DNA of 64,000 nucleotides from an uncultured delta proteobacterium. GTDB lineage: Bacteria; Desulfobacterota; Desulfobacteria; Desulfobacterales; SG8-13. Positions 61,832 to 64,000 of the stretch are shown piece after piece (position 1 is the stretch's first letter; every line of letters starts with the position of its first letter). The notes beneath the pieces are model-generated. The model searched no databases. It was not told where the DNA came from and was given only the letters and a program-made list of their open reading frames with translations. The translations under genes and the position numbers were made by a program. The DNA lies in contig CAWGUE010000031.1 in the NCBI GenBank assembly GCA_963825595.1, positions 2,270 to 66,269 on the forward strand, written 5' to 3'.

Positions 61832-63427
61832 ATGAAAAAGAGAACTGCGGGTAAATGGAATGAGGACAGGAATAACAGAAGACAGTTTCTGAAACTGGCC
61901 GGATTCGGAACGCTGGGCATGTTAACAGGTGGGGCTTGGCCCCTATTAAAGCAATCAGTTGCAAGTCAAAATCAAGAGACGAATCCGGGAACAGAATTTA
62001 ACCCTGACCTTGATATTTCACTCACAGCGCGACCTGGAGAGGTAACTATTTTCCCAGGAGATCCCACACGGGTTTGGCAGTACCATGCGACTGTGAATAA
62101 AGGCGATAAAAACCGGGTGATCGAGCTCCCGCGAAGCTATCTTGGCCCGATCATAAAAGTTCATCAGGGAGAGAATATACGAATTCGTTTCTTCAACTCA
62201 ATCCAGGAAGAATCTATTGTGCATTGGCATGGCCTTCATGTCCCCGCGATTATGGACGGTCATCCGCGCTACGTGATTCCACAAGGACAATCTTACTTAT
62301 ACGAGTTCGAGGTCAATAACAGAGCCGGTACATATTGGTACCACCCCCATCCCCACGGTAGAACAGGCCCACAGGTTTATAAAGGGCTGGCGGGCCTTTT
62401 TCTTGTTTCTGATGAGGAAGAACAGGCCGTGGGCTTGCCCGATGATGAATATGATATTCCCCTGGTGTTGCAAGACCGCATGTTTGATCCAGACAATCAG
62501 CTCGTATACACCTCAGGTCACAGGATGGAGCAGATGACCGGGTTTTTGGGTGATTGGATAATGGTTAACGGTATGGTTGATTTCACCCTGCCTGTAGCGA
62601 CCAGTGCCTATCGATTACGCCTGTTAAATGGTTCTAATTCACGAATTTATAAAATAGCGTGGAAAGATGGCCGCCCTCTTACCATCATCGGTACGGACGG
62701 AGGATTGTTGGAAAGACCTGTGTACCGAAAGTATGCGTTTTTAAGCCCTGGGGAAAGGTTGGAGATCTGGGCCGATTTTAGTGACAGTCCGATCGATTTT
62801 GAGACATCCCTAATAAGCCTTCCTTTCGACGTTGGAGGAATGGGTGGGGGACGGATGGGGCGTGGAATGATGATGGGCGGAGGAATGAGTCAGAATCAAA
62901 GCCTTCCAAACGGGGCTGGCTTTACTGTATGCAAAATTAAAGTTTCAAAGCGTGTGGCAAAAAAACAGTCGCTGCCGGAATACCTTTCTGAAATTACACC
63001 CCTCCGAATAGATGAAGCTGTTAACTATTACAACCCCCGGCAATTTTATCTCACGATGCGGCATATGCAATGGTCGATCAATGGTCGAGTGTTTCAGATG
63101 GAAGGTGTGGCGGATGACGAGATTGTTCAATTAGGCTCAAAGGAGATTTGGGAATTCCATAATACCGGCGGTGGAATGATGAACATGATGAATATGCCGC
63201 ATCCCATTCACCTCCACGGTAAGCAGTTTCGAGTCCTTGAACGTAGCGGTGTCAGGCATCAAGGCTATGTGGATGAGGGATGGAAAGATACTGTTTTACT
63301 GATGCCCGGTGAGCGAATAAAAATCTTGGTGGACTTTGATGATTACCCCGGTATGTTCCTGTACCATTGCCACAATTTGGAACATGAGGATATGGGAATG
63401 ATGCGCAATTATTACGTGAAGGTATAA
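61832..63427 (+). CDS. multicopper oxidase (CueO-like, Met-rich insert), Tat-exported
   Basis: NRRQFLK, VHWHG, WYHPHPH, HPIHLHG, YHCHNLEHEDMGMM. Confidence 0.92.
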   Translation: MKKRTAGKWNEDRNNRRQFLKLAGFGTLGMLTGGAWPLLKQSVASQNQETNPGTEFNPDLDISLTARPGEVTIFPGDPTRVWQYHATVNKGDKNRVIELPRSYLGPIIKVHQGENIRIRFFNSIQEESIVHWHGLHVPAIMDGHPRYVIPQGQSYLYEFEVNNRAGTYWYHPHPHGRTGPQVYKGLAGLFLVSDEEEQAVGLPDDEYDIPLVLQDRMFDPDNQLVYTSGHRMEQMTGFLGDWIMVNGMVDFTLPVATSAYRLRLLNGSNSRIYKIAWKDGRPLTIIGTDGGLLERPVYRKYAFLSPGERLEIWADFSDSPIDFETSLISLPFDVGGMGGGRMGRGMMMGGGMSQNQSLPNGAGFTVCKIKVSKRVAKKQSLPEYLSEITPLRIDEAVNYYNPRQFYLTMRHMQWSINGRVFQMEGVADDEIVQLGSKEIWEFHNTGGGMMNMMNMPHPIHLHGKQFRVLERSGVRHQGYVDEGWKDTVLLMPGERIKILVDFDDYPGMFLYHCHNLEHEDMGMMRNYYVKV

Positions 63428-63631
63428 AAGTAAAAATTCAGATTAAATCCTCAAGATTAAAGATACTTGTGCCGCATATACAAATAGCCGCTGAGCATTT
63501 TGTTTAAATCGTCACGGTAGCCTTCGATATCTCCTGCAGTATCTTGATACTGCCACCAATTGTGATTAAAGTTATAGCATTTACTAAAACAATAGACTTG
63601 GTATGAAAACAGGTAAATGGGAGAAATCTAA

Positions 63632-64000
63632 ATGATTCGCGATAATACCAAACCTATACGAGGCAACTCCATTCGAATAACTCTATTTATGTTTTTGATT
63701 TTGTTATTTGCAGCGGCAGTTGTCTTCGCCCACGGTGGTAAAACACACGCAATGGGCGAATTCACACATCTGGCCGCCCTAAAGAAAGCCACTGAGCTTT
63801 ACGACAAGTTGATCGACAGCCAAAAATTGGATCCAGCCTGGGAAACCGGTCTTGAAAGGGTCGAGGTTTCTCATCGGCAGAAGGGAAACGATACCGAGGT
63901 GGTCGTAGCCTTCCATCGCGCAGAGGGCGACCCGAAATCAGTCTTTATATTTTTTACTCTAAATGGAGAGTATGCCGGTTCTAACTTTACGGGCGAATAG
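63632..64000 (+). CDS. DUF6488-like exported protein
   Basis: signal peptide then AHGG..H, KLD..W, C-terminal FF...GEY..SNFTG. Confidence 0.65.
   Translation: MIRDNTKPIRGNSIRITLFMFLILLFAAAVVFAHGGKTHAMGEFTHLAALKKATELYDKLIDSQKLDPAWETGLERVEVSHRQKGNDTEVVVAFHRAEGDPKSVFIFFTLNGEYAGSNFTGE

Noticed and set aside
1-64000. rRNA, tRNA (including tRNA-Sec), sel genes, integrase, transposase, prophage or defence systems
   Set aside because: None recognised in this window; the Sec machinery is assumed to be elsewhere and remains to be confirmed.

Overview
64-kb chromosomal region, most likely from a sulfate-reducing Desulfobacterales-type bacterium (inferred from gene content). It is dominated by metal-homeostasis and thiol/redox genes: three ZraP/Spy-like proteins, three multicopper oxidases, two RseC, YHS, CueP, MntP, CbiK under a cobalamin riboswitch, and an Orange-protein-type Fe-S cluster. 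It also holds an IclR-linked amino-acid catabolic module (tandem KamA-like radical SAM, ABC transporter, proline racemase, amidohydrolase). The main signal missed by the ORF track is that eight distinct genes are split by in-frame TGA codons. Six have TGA at positions that are Cys in the recognisable family motif, and most TGAs are followed by a SECIS-like hairpin, so these read as selenoproteins (10 distinct UGA codons, 14 counting a duplicated copy). Three of them form an ArsR-led operon (LULAxC protein, two-Sec rhodanese-DsbD-thioredoxin fusion, NEPxGxxU protein, then a CxxC thioredoxin-fold gene). This operon is divergent from the B12 riboswitch-cbiK-porin unit and occurs twice in a ~4.4-kb tandem duplication. 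Others include a Sec-containing CueP and a UxU rhodanese lipoprotein. Many single-base frameshifts suggest long-read sequencing errors, and the duplication may be an assembly artefact.
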